A stretch of DNA of 64,000 nt, from contig NC_068989.1 of the NCBI RefSeq assembly GCF_001194135.2, forward strand, positions 95,662,122-95,726,121, read 5' to 3'. This document shows, one piece after another, positions 63,826 through 64,000 of the stretch (its first letter is position 1; each line of letters starts with the position of its first letter). The position numbers were made by a program, and so were the translations under genes. The DNA comes from Octopus bimaculoides (taxonomy: Eukaryota). The notes beneath the pieces are model-generated. The model worked only from the letters and a program-made list of their open reading frames with translations. It was not told the DNA's origin and ran no database searches.

Positions 63826-64000
63826 CACATATACATGCATATATATGCATGTGTATGTATAAAGGAGGTAGTAATGTAGATAAACACAATTAGGCTTGAC
63901 ACATACATAGGGCACAAAATACAGAAAACTATGAAGAAAATACATAATTGTGTATGTATATAAATGTATGCATATGTATGTGTGTGTATGTGTATATATA

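Overview
AT-rich, microsatellite-dense eukaryotic DNA with about ten N-gaps, most of them flanked by (TA)n or (GA)n. The repeat repertoire (tRNA-headed SINEs and RTE 3' ends with GTTAAAC(GAT)n tails) points to an octopus or other coleoid cephalopod genome; this is inference from repeat recognition. There is no intact long protein-coding ORF, and most ORF-track entries are microsatellite or gap artefacts. Explained content: a full-length dead piggyBac (20532-23260, TTAA-flanked) interrupted by a TSD-flanked 547-bp insertion; a piggyBac-type MITE; a hairpin MITE; Tc1/mariner and Tigger fossils; many RTE LINE fragments, one encoding a C4HC3 PHD-like finger; R4/Dong-like, CR1-group and Penelope-like fragments; and many SINEs. 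Two signals go beyond routine repeats. (1) A set of minus-strand splice signals defines very short candidate exons (40, 23, 33, 10 and 13 nt) across about 32 kb. Several acceptors are followed directly by a donor (AG|GTAAGT, AG|GTGAGG), the architecture of recursive splice sites and microexons. (2) A degenerate type I hammerhead ribozyme with a palindromic stem III lies downstream of the Penelope GIY-YIG fragment. Repeat boundaries are read by eye and are approximate unless a TSD or TIR is quoted. No database search or folding computation was run.
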